IMG/VR virus record: IMGVR_UViG_3300005326_000127
Coordinates: 1-24,261 of that record
Length of the DNA stretch: 24,261 bases
Strand: one strand, 5' to 3'
From: a virus
Taxonomy: Duplodnaviria; Caudoviricetes
Shown here: positions 1-8,074 of the stretch, one piece after another
Layout: each line of letters begins with the position of its first letter
Numbering within the stretch: position 1 is the stretch's first letter
Position numbers and translations under genes: made by a program
The notes under the pieces: generated by a model
The model's input: only the letters and a program-made list of their open reading frames with translations
What the model was told of the DNA's origin: nothing
The model's database searches: none

Positions 1-564
1 GTCGGCGAGCAGATCGATCTGATTGGCCACGGTGCCCTTGTTCTTAGCGGTGAACGTCACCACGCCCAGGGCTGCGGCAGCCGTCACCGGCAGATCAGGG
101 TACTTGGCCAGCTCGGTCACCAGGGCTGCGGCGATGGCGGTGGCGGTATCTCCGGAGGCCACACCGAGTTCGACGCGCTGCGAGCCGATGGATACCCCCA
201 AGGTGCCGCTGGTGGTGGCGGGACCGGTAACGGTGAGGGGGCTGCTAGCGGCACCGGCCGTGGCGGCATCGTCCAGAGCAATCACGGTCAGATCCAGATA
301 GCGGTTGGCGGTGATCGCCGCCCGGCACATCAGGTGGGCCAGAGAGCCATTGCCAAAATAGTCTGCTGCCTGGGCATCGCTGAACACCTGGGTCGGCACC
401 AGAGCTGCAACGGTACCAGCGACCAGCCGCTGGCCGATAATCAGCATCCGCTGAAGATTGGAGGGCAGGGTCCGGACCGCGAACCTGGTGTTGAACTCGA
501 AATACTTGCCCGGCTTGCGGATACTGGCCGGGATCGTGTCAAAGCTGATATTTTTGGATGCCAT
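1..564 (-). CDS. Tail sheath protein (Mu gpL-like), N-terminal part, runs off the window
   Basis: Not in ORF track. ATG at 564 reads MASKNISFDTIPASIRKPGKYFEFNTRFAVRTLPSNLQRMLIIGQRL, a typical Mu-type sheath start; GGAGG RBS; TAATG overlap with the upstream gene. Confidence 0.9.
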   Translation of the reverse strand, partial: MASKNISFDTIPASIRKPGKYFEFNTRFAVRTLPSNLQRMLIIGQRLVAGTVAALVPTQVFSDAQAADYFGNGSLAHLMCRAAITANRYLDLTVIALDDAATAGAASSPLTVTGPATTSGTLGVSIGSQRVELGVASGDTATAIAAALVTELAKYPDLPVTAAAALGVVTFTAKNKGTVANQIDLLAD

Positions 565-737
565 TACTGGTCACCTCCCTTGTTTTTTGCCTGGACCAAA
601 ACCAACGACCCATCATCAACCAGGCGCTGATAATAACTGGTATCCGGCACGACGACTCCTTTGGGGTCGTCATTGATGTACTCCCTGGGCTTACCTTCCA
701 TCGGGCACTGAAGGCCCGGCGCGGCTTTCAATTTCAT
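564..737 (-). CDS. Mu gp38-like small protein (DUF2635), 57 aa
   Basis: Not in ORF track. MKLKAAPGLQCPMEGKPREYINDDPKGVVVPDTSYYQRLVDDGSLV; the YY.R...DG.L motif and the position before the sheath fit; AGGAGG RBS. Confidence 0.88.
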   Translation of the reverse strand: MKLKAAPGLQCPMEGKPREYINDDPKGVVVPDTSYYQRLVDDGSLVLVQAKNKGGDQ

Positions 738-747
738 TGCCTGCCTC

Positions 748-1257
748 CTATAGCGTTACGGTGTCACTGGCGTCGACAACGTCATCGCCAGGCTTGAGAT
801 AGTAATTGAGGCCGACGGTCAGCAGATCCGCCACCACCTCATCATCGAGCTTCGTGATAACAAACGAGGTGGACAGCTCCAGCGAGTAGACAATGAGTCC
901 TTTCTCCCTGAATTCCTCGGTAGTGATATTCCTCCATCTGGTCGGCTTCAACGGCTTGATGGCCAGGCCCAACTTCTGCAACAGCAAGGTCTGAATAATG
1001 CCTTGCAGGATCAGGTAGACCCCCTTGCGCCGCTCCCCCTCGCTGGCCAGGTTCGAGAAGATGACATCAACGAAGATCTTCACCTCCTGATTAAAGCTCA
1101 CCTGGGTGATCTCCTTGAAACTCCCCTCCTCGGTGGAGACATAGACGGCAGGTTGCGGGATGCCTTCAGCCCCTTTCTGCACGGCAACCATCCCGGCAGT
1201 GGCCCCCAGCTTTGTTTCTATACGGTCGACGATCGCGTCTTCGATCTGGGTGAGCAT
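748..1257 (-). CDS. Mu gp37-like tail completion protein (DUF1834-like)
   Basis: MLTQIEDAIVDRI N-terminus; lies between gp36 and gp38; TGATG overlap with the gp36 stop. Confidence 0.75.
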   Translation of the reverse strand: MLTQIEDAIVDRIETKLGATAGMVAVQKGAEGIPQPAVYVSTEEGSFKEITQVSFNQEVKIFVDVIFSNLASEGERRKGVYLILQGIIQTLLLQKLGLAIKPLKPTRWRNITTEEFREKGLIVYSLELSTSFVITKLDDEVVADLLTVGLNYYLKPGDDVVDASDTVTL

Positions 1258-1691
1258 CAATAATCCCCCAGAGTATCTCGGCTGAAGACACGATCCGGAG
1301 CGGTAAACTGCGGGCCGCCAGTCTCCGGCGTCACCCCGCCACCTGTGTTCTCGGCTCCGAGAGAGATCTTGCCGGACTGAATCTGCTCCAGGAGCTTCTG
1401 GGCGTTCTTGTAGCGCTCGGTAACGCCTTCCGGCGGGGTGAGCTTTATCCGTCTGGCGTAAAGCCGATAGATCGCCACGTCGGCGGCCAAGGTGTTGATC
1501 AGGCCAGGCACCGGGGAGAGGGGGAGGGTGTACCTCCCCCTGAGATAACCGTCGATCAACTCCCCGGCATCGGTGATGGCCCGGTCCACGTTCACCTGGT
1601 TGACCGCGACCGGGGGCATTGCGTCATCGGTCAACTGAACCAGATCGTTTTCCGGCACCGTGGCCCGGATATCAGCCAAGCCGCAGTACAT
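1257..1691 (-). CDS. Mu gp36-like head-tail adaptor (DUF1320)
   Basis: MYC..DI...L.QLTD, IDGYLRGRYTLPL, DVAIYRLY, RYKNA..LL..I..GKISLG and FSRDTL motifs. Confidence 0.9.
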   Translation of the reverse strand: MYCGLADIRATVPENDLVQLTDDAMPPVAVNQVNVDRAITDAGELIDGYLRGRYTLPLSPVPGLINTLAADVAIYRLYARRIKLTPPEGVTERYKNAQKLLEQIQSGKISLGAENTGGGVTPETGGPQFTAPDRVFSRDTLGDY

Positions 1692-1694
1692 GGC

Positions 1695-2021
1695 TTATGC
1701 TCCCAGTTCTTTACGACGGGCCGCGATAGCGTCCAGGACACTACTACGATCTTCGCCCTTGGCCAGCTCGTCCAGTTCTTCAATGGTCGCGGCAGCCTTT
1801 ACCTTAGCGATCGTATCTTTGGCATTGGCACGCGGGTCGCCTTTGTCTCCACCGACGAGATCTTTTGCTGCTGCCGTGGATGCTTTCCCCTTGGCTCCAG
1901 CCTCCAGCACACCGATGTCGATAAGCTCCCCGGCCTGCTTGGCTGTCATCTCCACGGTATCTCCGGGGGCGTATTGCTCCCCGTCGTACCGCAGCGGTTC
2001 TTTCACGATATATTCAGGCAT
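1695..2021 (-). CDS. Hypothetical virion-associated protein (Mu gp35 position)
   Basis: 108 aa; YxPGDxVEM N-terminal motif and EDRSSVLDAIAAR C-terminal motif; AAGGA RBS; follows the capsid gene. Confidence 0.7.
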   Translation of the reverse strand: MPEYIVKEPLRYDGEQYAPGDTVEMTAKQAGELIDIGVLEAGAKGKASTAAAKDLVGGDKGDPRANAKDTIAKVKAAATIEELDELAKGEDRSSVLDAIAARRKELGA

Positions 2022-2056
2022 GGTCTTTTCCTTTGGGCCTATGGACCCTCAATTGT

Positions 2057-2980
2057 TTACTTCGGGTTCTGGATCAGGAAGCCGGAGGTGATGCCGGACA
2101 GCACAGGTGCCCGCTCGAAGCCCACCCCGTAGATCCAGCTCTTGGCGTTGTTGTCGTAGTAGGGCTCCTCCACCAGAGGATGTCCAACCATGGTGTAGGT
2201 GTATCCGTAGGACGGCTCCTCCAGCCCGGACGGAGAGAGCGGCACATAGGCCAGCACCGCGTTGTTTCCCCAGATATCCGAGAAGGCCCCGCTGTCACTG
2301 GCATTGACTCCCTTGCCGACAACGAGCTTGTCCAGCTCGAACATCACCCGGAGCATCTCTGCGGTGATAGAGTCCGACGAGGTGTACTTGAACTGCTCCC
2401 GGATCTTGGGGTTGGTCTTCATGGCGCGGAATGCCAGAGCCGAAAGCAGCATGGTATTCGGATACATGCCGGTTGAAGCGCGCACCGCTTCCTTGTAGTC
2501 CTCCACCTGGGCAATCGGGTCCGAGGCCGGGTCGCTCCACTTGTCGGCACCGGCCAGCGCGATCTTGTGGTTGGCGTCATAATTGGCCGCATTCAAGGCC
2601 AGCGCCGCCTGTTCTTCCTCTTTGGAGCGGTGGAGCACCTTCATCACCAGATTGGTGGCACGAGTACCAAGATCGATACCAGGCACCTGGGAGGCATCGC
2701 GCATATACTCGCGGGGCACCGGAGCTTCCAGGGCCTCATTGAGCAGGGCATACGGCTTGCCAAGGTAGCCGAAGGTGATCCGCTTGGTGCCGGAACCAGG
2801 AGCGCGGCGCGTGGCGTATTTCATAAACGCCTCCTTGCCGAACTCCAGGATCTGGCCGCCGGATACCTCCACCGGCACTGCCGGGAAAAGAGCATCGCCG
2901 ACCAGATCCGGTTGGCTGTAGCCCTGAACATGGGTGGTGAGAATCGGGTTGATCACCCGTACTGCTGATGGCTTCATCAT
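2057..2980 (-). CDS. Major capsid protein
   Basis: 307 aa downstream of protease and cement genes; VINPILT..VQGY, LFP.VPV and KWSDPASDPI motifs; GGAGG RBS. Confidence 0.88.
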   Translation of the reverse strand: MMKPSAVRVINPILTTHVQGYSQPDLVGDALFPAVPVEVSGGQILEFGKEAFMKYATRRAPGSGTKRITFGYLGKPYALLNEALEAPVPREYMRDASQVPGIDLGTRATNLVMKVLHRSKEEEQAALALNAANYDANHKIALAGADKWSDPASDPIAQVEDYKEAVRASTGMYPNTMLLSALAFRAMKTNPKIREQFKYTSSDSITAEMLRVMFELDKLVVGKGVNASDSGAFSDIWGNNAVLAYVPLSPSGLEEPSYGYTYTMVGHPLVEEPYYDNNAKSWIYGVGFERAPVLSGITSGFLIQNPK

Positions 2981-3017
2981 ATCGTTTCCTCCGTCCTATA
3001 CGGACTTGTTCAAATGG

Positions 3018-3362
3018 TTAATTGGCGAGCAAAAGCGCCTCGATGAATTCCCCGGCACCGGCCGCGGACTGGCCGGGCAGCGCCCTGGCCGCAGCAACGC
3101 CCGCCGCCTTGGCGATCGCTTTACCGGCGGCGTCGGACTCGATAAGTCCGCCAGCGGCGATGGCTCCTCCGGTCTCGATGATGGCGGTGCCGATCACGTC
3201 GACCGTCAGGGTCTCGGTGTCAAGCGCATCGAACCGGCTGACGCCAAGAGTGTTGACACCCGCGCCAGCTTGGGCACCGGCCGGGGTAACAAACCGCGAT
3301 GCGGCAATGGCGCCGCTTGCCGTAACCGGCAGCGACAGAAGTGATAATGATTGTTTGCCCAT
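3018..3362 (-). CDS. Capsid cement/decoration protein (DUF2190-like)
   Basis: 114-aa Ala/Gly-rich protein with GGAIAAG..IESDAAGKAI and AAGAGEFIEALL; between protease and capsid. Confidence 0.8.
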   Translation of the reverse strand: MGKQSLSLLSLPVTASGAIAASRFVTPAGAQAGAGVNTLGVSRFDALDTETLTVDVIGTAIIETGGAIAAGGLIESDAAGKAIAKAAGVAAARALPGQSAAGAGEFIEALLLAN

Positions 3363-3392
3363 GATCCTGCTCCTTTCTTGGTATTGGTGGTG

Positions 3393-3878
3393 TTACGAAA
3401 CAGCCCTGACAGCGGCCATGTATTCGACGCCGGGATGAGCGCCCTGATACGCGAGTGCCTTGTTGTGAGTTTCAAGGGCACCAGCGTCGACGGTGAAACC
3501 GGGGGCGGCGGCGAACTCGACGGTAGCGCCTGCCACTTCCGTCTTCGCGATCTCCCCGAACTCAACGACTTTCGGTTGGTCGGCCAGGTACGCCTTGAAC
3601 AGATCGGCGGGCGGCATGCTCTTTTTGCCATCTCCCTCGCCGAACTCGATCACCTGGTCGACCGCCAGGCTGGCGGCAAAATCAAGCAACGCCACGGCCT
3701 GTTCCTTCTTGGCCGGGAGCATCTTGCCTTCCTTCACCAGTCCTTCGGCAAAAGCCAAGTGATCCTGGTGGCTGATGTTCTGCTCCCGTTGCAGCAACTT
3801 CGCCTCACGTTCGGCGAATGAAGCCTCTTTCTGTTGATCCGCCAGTTTTTGGGCGGCAAGCTCTTCCGGTGTCGGCAT
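3393..3878 (-). CDS. Probable nested in-frame scaffold protein (Mu gpZ-like), 161 aa
   Basis: AAGGAGG (3887-3893) precedes in-frame ATG at 3878 (MPTPEELAAQK, coiled-coil-like), as in Mu I/Z. Confidence 0.6.
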   Translation of the reverse strand: MPTPEELAAQKLADQQKEASFAEREAKLLQREQNISHQDHLAFAEGLVKEGKMLPAKKEQAVALLDFAASLAVDQVIEFGEGDGKKSMPPADLFKAYLADQPKVVEFGEIAKTEVAGATVEFAAAPGFTVDAGALETHNKALAYQGAHPGVEYMAAVRAVS

Positions 3879-4532
3879 GTCCCGATCCTCCTTGTTATGG
3901 TGTGACCCTTCCGGGCCGCCTTCCGCGAACATCTGCGCGGCATTCTCTTCAATTTTCACCGGCGGCGTGACTGCCGCCTCGGCCAAAGTGTCCACATCCC
4001 AGTCAGGGATAGCCCGGTCCGCTTCCTCCAGGCCGAACTTGCCGATGAGGAAGTCGCGAAGATTGCGCCACAGTCCGGCGTTGGTCCGTTCTTCCCACTG
4101 GCCGAATTCAACCACCCCTTCTTCGGAGGCGGCAAAGCTGGCGTTTTTGAGCCCCTTTACCGCCGGGGGTTGCGCTCCGAGAAATCCGACATGGCGCAGG
4201 TAATAGACTCCCGGAACCGGGTTGCCCGGCGCGTCCGGCAGATAAAAACTGGCGCTGATCTTCTTGAACCGCCCCTTGTTGACCAACTCGGCAAAGGCTA
4301 CGTCAACCTGGTCCGGCTCTGCGCTCATGGCTCCCTCAGCAAACGAGAGGACTTTCACCCAGCCATAGGCGGGGGCATCGATTTTAGGGTGCCCGACAAC
4401 CAGTGGGGCTTCGTGCAACTCCGGGTTATACGCTTTGATGGTGGCGAGCAGATCCGCTTCACCGAACTCCAGGATCTGCCCGTTGAGAGCGGTGTGTTTC
4501 CCTGGTCTGAAAATTTCCAGCGTTTTTTTCAT
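3393..4532 (-). CDS. Prohead protease/scaffold (Mu gpI-like)
   Basis: LEIFRPGKH, APLVVGHP...APAYGWV, KKISASFY and YLRHVGFLGAQPPAVKGL motifs; GGAGG RBS before ATG 4532. Confidence 0.88.
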   Translation of the reverse strand: MKKTLEIFRPGKHTALNGQILEFGEADLLATIKAYNPELHEAPLVVGHPKIDAPAYGWVKVLSFAEGAMSAEPDQVDVAFAELVNKGRFKKISASFYLPDAPGNPVPGVYYLRHVGFLGAQPPAVKGLKNASFAASEEGVVEFGQWEERTNAGLWRNLRDFLIGKFGLEEADRAIPDWDVDTLAEAAVTPPVKIEENAAQMFAEGGPEGSHHNKEDRDMPTPEELAAQKLADQQKEASFAEREAKLLQREQNISHQDHLAFAEGLVKEGKMLPAKKEQAVALLDFAASLAVDQVIEFGEGDGKKSMPPADLFKAYLADQPKVVEFGEIAKTEVAGATVEFAAAPGFTVDAGALETHNKALAYQGAHPGVEYMAAVRAVS

Positions 4533-4651
4533 GCTGTCCTCCATTAGCAACCGCGTTTAAACTATCTTTAGATTCGCACGTGCGAGGCGCGAGCATCCTT
4601 GCCCGTGCGTCCGGGCGTTTTTTCGACCAAGACGCCGCTACGGGCCTTTAA

Positions 4652-5188
4652 TTACGTTTTCAGCCCAAGGTGATCGCCAGCCACCTCCAGTATCCGGTCA
4701 CGGTCCTGCCGCGAGATCCCCAGGAATGGCCGAGCCGGGATCTCGGAGCCGGGGTGATTCACCGCTCTGGCCGGGTGTCTTGCCCCTGGCCAGGCCAGGG
4801 CCTTCTTGTTTTTCGGCCTGATCACATGCGGCTTTGTCTTGCCACCGAACTGATGGATCGCGCTGTATATCCGGTTGGTGCCGATCCGTACTCCGCCCTC
4901 GTTGGCCTGGTACCGGATCGAGTCCGAAAGATATCCGCGCTGCCGCAAGATCTTGTCGCTATGGCCACGCAGAGCCTTACTGGCAATCGTGGAAGCCTTG
5001 AGCCGCTGCCAAGGGCGACCGTCCGGATCGGTCTGACTGCTGAATCGATCCTGGGTGGAGCGCAGCAGCACCTCGCCGATGTTCTTCATGGCCGGAGCCA
5101 TCCTGCCAGCCTTAGCATGCAGGCGATCAAGAGCCTTGACGATCTCGCGATCGTCGATCTTGCTTATAAGGGTGAAGGCTCCGGCCAT
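4652..5188 (-). CDS. Virion morphogenesis protein (Mu gpG-like)
   Basis: IGEVL..ST..RF....DPDG.PW..L, IGTNRIYSAIHQFGG and IPARPFLGIS motifs. Confidence 0.9.
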   Translation of the reverse strand: MAGAFTLISKIDDREIVKALDRLHAKAGRMAPAMKNIGEVLLRSTQDRFSSQTDPDGRPWQRLKASTIASKALRGHSDKILRQRGYLSDSIRYQANEGGVRIGTNRIYSAIHQFGGKTKPHVIRPKNKKALAWPGARHPARAVNHPGSEIPARPFLGISRQDRDRILEVAGDHLGLKT

Positions 5189-5217
5189 TTGACAATCCCG
5201 ATCAATTGAGCTATTTT
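5189..5217 (+). promoter_or_regulatory. Sigma70-type promoter firing antisense to the late operon
   Basis: TTGACA (5189-5194), 17-bp spacer, TATTTT (5212-5217). Confidence 0.7.
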
Positions 5218-5222
5218 ATGTG

Positions 5223-5298
5223 AACGATGGTTCCGGTTGGGCCGCAGTCCCGATAACCGGCACCTAGCGCCAAGGTTTCTGCGGAAGCCTTACGGCCC
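5223..5298 (+). ncRNA. Candidate structured ncRNA: two hairpins with a 6-bp kissing-loop interaction
   Basis: Hairpin 1: GGT/ACC, CCGGTT/AACCGG and GGG/CCC with loop CCGCAG (5242-5247). Hairpin 2: AAGGTTT/AAGCCTT with loop CTGCGG (5279-5284). The loops are exact reverse complements, and a U-G pair works only on the + strand. Ends approximate. Confidence 0.65.
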
Positions 5299-6615
5299 CA
5301 CCTCTTCTCTTCCCCACAACAACTTCCCGTTCCGCTGCTTATTGACGTAGTCGAGTTTCGTGGTCGGTACCATTGTCCACGCCTCAAGCATCCCGTTGTT
5401 CGCCTGGGCCGTCACCAGCAAGGCCCTCGTCTTATCCAGTTGCACCAGCTTGACCAGCCGCTGCCGCAGCACCACCTTGCCGGTGCCTTTGTGCTGCTCA
5501 AAGGAGAGCCACGTCTCATAGGGATCTTCCAGTACCTCCGGCAACAACGGCAGGTACGGAGTGCGCTCAAGATCAACATGGCTGGCCAGGCTCTCGGCGT
5601 TCACCAGCATCTTGCCTCCGGATGGCAGCGTGTAGATCCGCTCCTCGCCGCCCATGATTCCGGTCAAGGCCTTGGCCGCCGCCTGGGTCGTGGTGAGCTT
5701 GGGGCCGAGGGCTGCGCGGGGGCTGTCTGCCGGGATACGCTCCTTGCGGCCATGGCTCTGCCAATCCCCAGGGCCCATGATTCCGGTCAAGGCCTTGGCC
5801 GCCGCCTGGGTCGTGGTGAGCTTGGGGCCGAGGGCTGCGCGGGGGCTGTCTGCCGGGATACGCTCCTTGCGGCCATGGCTCTGCCAATCCCCAGGGGTCA
5901 ATCTCTCCCAGGCCTTTGCCCCCTGCGCCCGCCACTCATTCATGCTTGCTTCCGACAGTTTCTTCCCCCAGGCCGCTTCGCCCACGTTGTAATCCCAGCC
6001 TTTGTCGATGCCCACCGGCGCTCCGGTTTTCGGATCGATGACAATGGGCGGGGCCTGGTCCGGCCCGCTCTTGCCAAGGCGCTCCATATCGCGGCCGGAG
6101 ATGGCCTCCACCGAGCACTTGCAACCCCAGCCATTGGGCGGATAGTGGCTGGACCAGAAGCCATCGTCATGCGCCAGCACCAGCCCGTGCCAGGCCAGAT
6201 GCTGCGGCCGGGGCCGTTGGCTGTCGCCATGGCGATACCGCCAGTAAGGCTGATAAGCCAAAACGTCCGGATCGGTCATCTGCTTATAGCGTCCGGCCAT
6301 GTACGAGGTACGCAGGTTGGTATCGTAGATCACCCGCGTGCGCCAACCTCGGCCGCCGTTGTAGCTCCAACCATACCGGCTCACGATCTGGTCGAAGTCC
6401 TTGCGGAACGCCTCCAGGGTGGTGCCCTGTTCGATGGCTTTGCGCAGCGCTCCCTGAAAGTCGCAAAGCATGTCGTCCCGCTGCGCCCCGGCGATCATAA
6501 AGCCCCTGGCGTGCTGGCCCTTCTTCAGGTCATCCCAATGCCGCGTGGGAATGCGGACCTTGTCGCGGAAGAACTTCTCCGCTTCCTCAAAGGGCAGACT
6601 GCCGTACTCAACCAT
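5290..6615 (-). CDS. MuF (gpF) minor head protein with C-terminal PBECR2-like nuclease domain
   Basis: MuF motifs RVIYDTNLRTSYMAGR, RPQH.AWHG and YPPNGWGCKC; C-terminus R.PYLPLL...LEDPYE.W...LRQR...WT.....YVNKQRNGKLLWGR resembles PBECR2 (BECR-fold) by eye. Confidence 0.85.
   Translation of the reverse strand: MVEYGSLPFEEAEKFFRDKVRIPTRHWDDLKKGQHARGFMIAGAQRDDMLCDFQGALRKAIEQGTTLEAFRKDFDQIVSRYGWSYNGGRGWRTRVIYDTNLRTSYMAGRYKQMTDPDVLAYQPYWRYRHGDSQRPRPQHLAWHGLVLAHDDGFWSSHYPPNGWGCKCSVEAISGRDMERLGKSGPDQAPPIVIDPKTGAPVGIDKGWDYNVGEAAWGKKLSEASMNEWRAQGAKAWERLTPGDWQSHGRKERIPADSPRAALGPKLTTTQAAAKALTGIMGPGDWQSHGRKERIPADSPRAALGPKLTTTQAAAKALTGIMGGEERIYTLPSGGKMLVNAESLASHVDLERTPYLPLLPEVLEDPYETWLSFEQHKGTGKVVLRQRLVKLVQLDKTRALLVTAQANNGMLEAWTMVPTTKLDYVNKQRNGKLLWGREEVGP
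5650..5895. repeat. Perfect tandem duplication, 2 x 123 bp (41 codons, in frame) within muF
   Basis: 5650-5772 is identical to 5773-5895; protein repeat PGDWQSHGRKERIPADSPRAALGPKLTTTQAAAKALTGIMG. Confidence 0.95.
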
Positions 6616-8074
6616 TGCCGCCCACCTCGTCGAGCACTTCGGCCCGGCCGGTCAGATCGGCCTGGAACAATCTGTTGCCCAGGGCCTCGCCGGTAGCGGC
6701 CAGCGGAATGCGGTCATAGATATCGAGCAGCTTTGCCTCGGCCTCTTCCAGGCTGCCGACCTCGGCCAGCAGCCGGTACACCTGATCCACCATGCCGGAG
6801 CCGTCTGCATCGGCCAGGGTCTGGTCGGCGAGCAGATCCACGGCATCCGGAGCAGCCTCGGCAAACTGCGCAGAAGGCTGGCCGATGGTTACTGACGGCT
6901 TGGAGTTGGTCGCTGGCAGCTTCTTCGTCCATTTACCGCCGTAGGTGTCGTTGATGTACTGCTCGTCCGGTTCAAAACCCATCTCGCCCAGATTCTTATC
7001 CACCTCGGAGCGGGTCTTGAGATCCTCTCCCTCGGCGAAATCGCGCCATACTTTAGGCGGGTTGGCATTGGGTAGATTCAGCTCCACGATCCAGCGGACA
7101 ATGGTCTCGTTGATGGTGTCGGAGAGCAGGTCGGAGTCGCCCTTGGCCAGCTCCAGCCGCACCTCGTTATGGGTCTTAGCCGCTGCCTGACTGCCGACTT
7201 GGCCGACATTGGTGGAAAGCGTTTCCCCCAGCACGCATTCGCTGATCTGCTCGTCCATGTAGCGGGCAAGCCGTTCATAGGTGTCGATGGAGCCTGAGCG
7301 GGCCGCTTCCAAGAACTTGACCATCATGCCCTGTGGCACGATGATCCCTGCCTCGGAGGCGATGGCCGACAGCGAGGCCAGCAGTTTTTTCTGGTCGGCA
7401 TCGCTTGTGCCGGACGGGTATTCGCCTATGGCCGTGGGGCTTGCAAACTTGTCCACGAAGGTGAGCCAGAAGGTGATGTCCTGCCGCTTGAAAAAGACCG
7501 GCCAGAAGAGCTTGTGCCCGAGGCCCAGACCGTAAGGGTTGTCATCATCCTTCTCGCCGTAGCGGTGGACGATGAATTTTCTCGGCGGCAGCGGCTCGCC
7601 GGTAAGCAGGTTGGTCTGAGTAAGCAGGCGCGGCTCCTGTTCCTCATCAAACACAAAGCGCCGTTGCGGTTTCACTTTGATGCGCCGCGCTACGATCTCC
7701 GCGCCATCAGTCTCCCAGATAATTTCGCCGACGCTGTACCCCTTGAGAGTGGCATCCAACAGCTTCTGGCACACCTGGTCGAACCTGAGATTGCTCAACT
7801 GCTTCTGCACCAACGCAGCCGCTTTTTTATCCAGGGCACTATCCGAGGCGGGCAGCACCTGCCACTCGCGGGCGATGATGGCCAGCTTGCGTTTCTGAAG
7901 TACGGCAAAGGCATGGCAATCCCGCTCAATCTCGTCATAGATCTTGAGCCCTTTGCCGCCACCTCTAGAGATCAGGGTGTCATCCTGATTGCGCAACACG
8001 CCACCGAAGGTGACGACCATCGGGTCTTTGCCGATTGTGGCGATCTCATTTCTCAGGTCTTTTTCAATCGCCAT
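6608..8074 (-). CDS. Portal protein (Mu gp29, DUF935)
   Basis: 488 aa; LQKRKLAI..REW, LLDATLKGYSVGEIIW, NPYGLGL..L.WP..FK and ISECVLGETL motifs; follows terminase. Confidence 0.92.
   Translation of the reverse strand: MAIEKDLRNEIATIGKDPMVVTFGGVLRNQDDTLISRGGGKGLKIYDEIERDCHAFAVLQKRKLAIIAREWQVLPASDSALDKKAAALVQKQLSNLRFDQVCQKLLDATLKGYSVGEIIWETDGAEIVARRIKVKPQRRFVFDEEQEPRLLTQTNLLTGEPLPPRKFIVHRYGEKDDDNPYGLGLGHKLFWPVFFKRQDITFWLTFVDKFASPTAIGEYPSGTSDADQKKLLASLSAIASEAGIIVPQGMMVKFLEAARSGSIDTYERLARYMDEQISECVLGETLSTNVGQVGSQAAAKTHNEVRLELAKGDSDLLSDTINETIVRWIVELNLPNANPPKVWRDFAEGEDLKTRSEVDKNLGEMGFEPDEQYINDTYGGKWTKKLPATNSKPSVTIGQPSAQFAEAAPDAVDLLADQTLADADGSGMVDQVYRLLAEVGSLEEAEAKLLDIYDRIPLAATGEALGNRLFQADLTGRAEVLDEVGGNG

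Noticed and set aside
5650-5895. Possible DGR template/variable repeat pair
   Set aside because: Copies are identical and adjacent, with no adenine-specific mismatches and no reverse transcriptase in the window.
5440-6696. 418-aa + strand ORF
   Set aside because: Antisense shadow of the GC-rich muF gene; no RBS or protein-like motifs.
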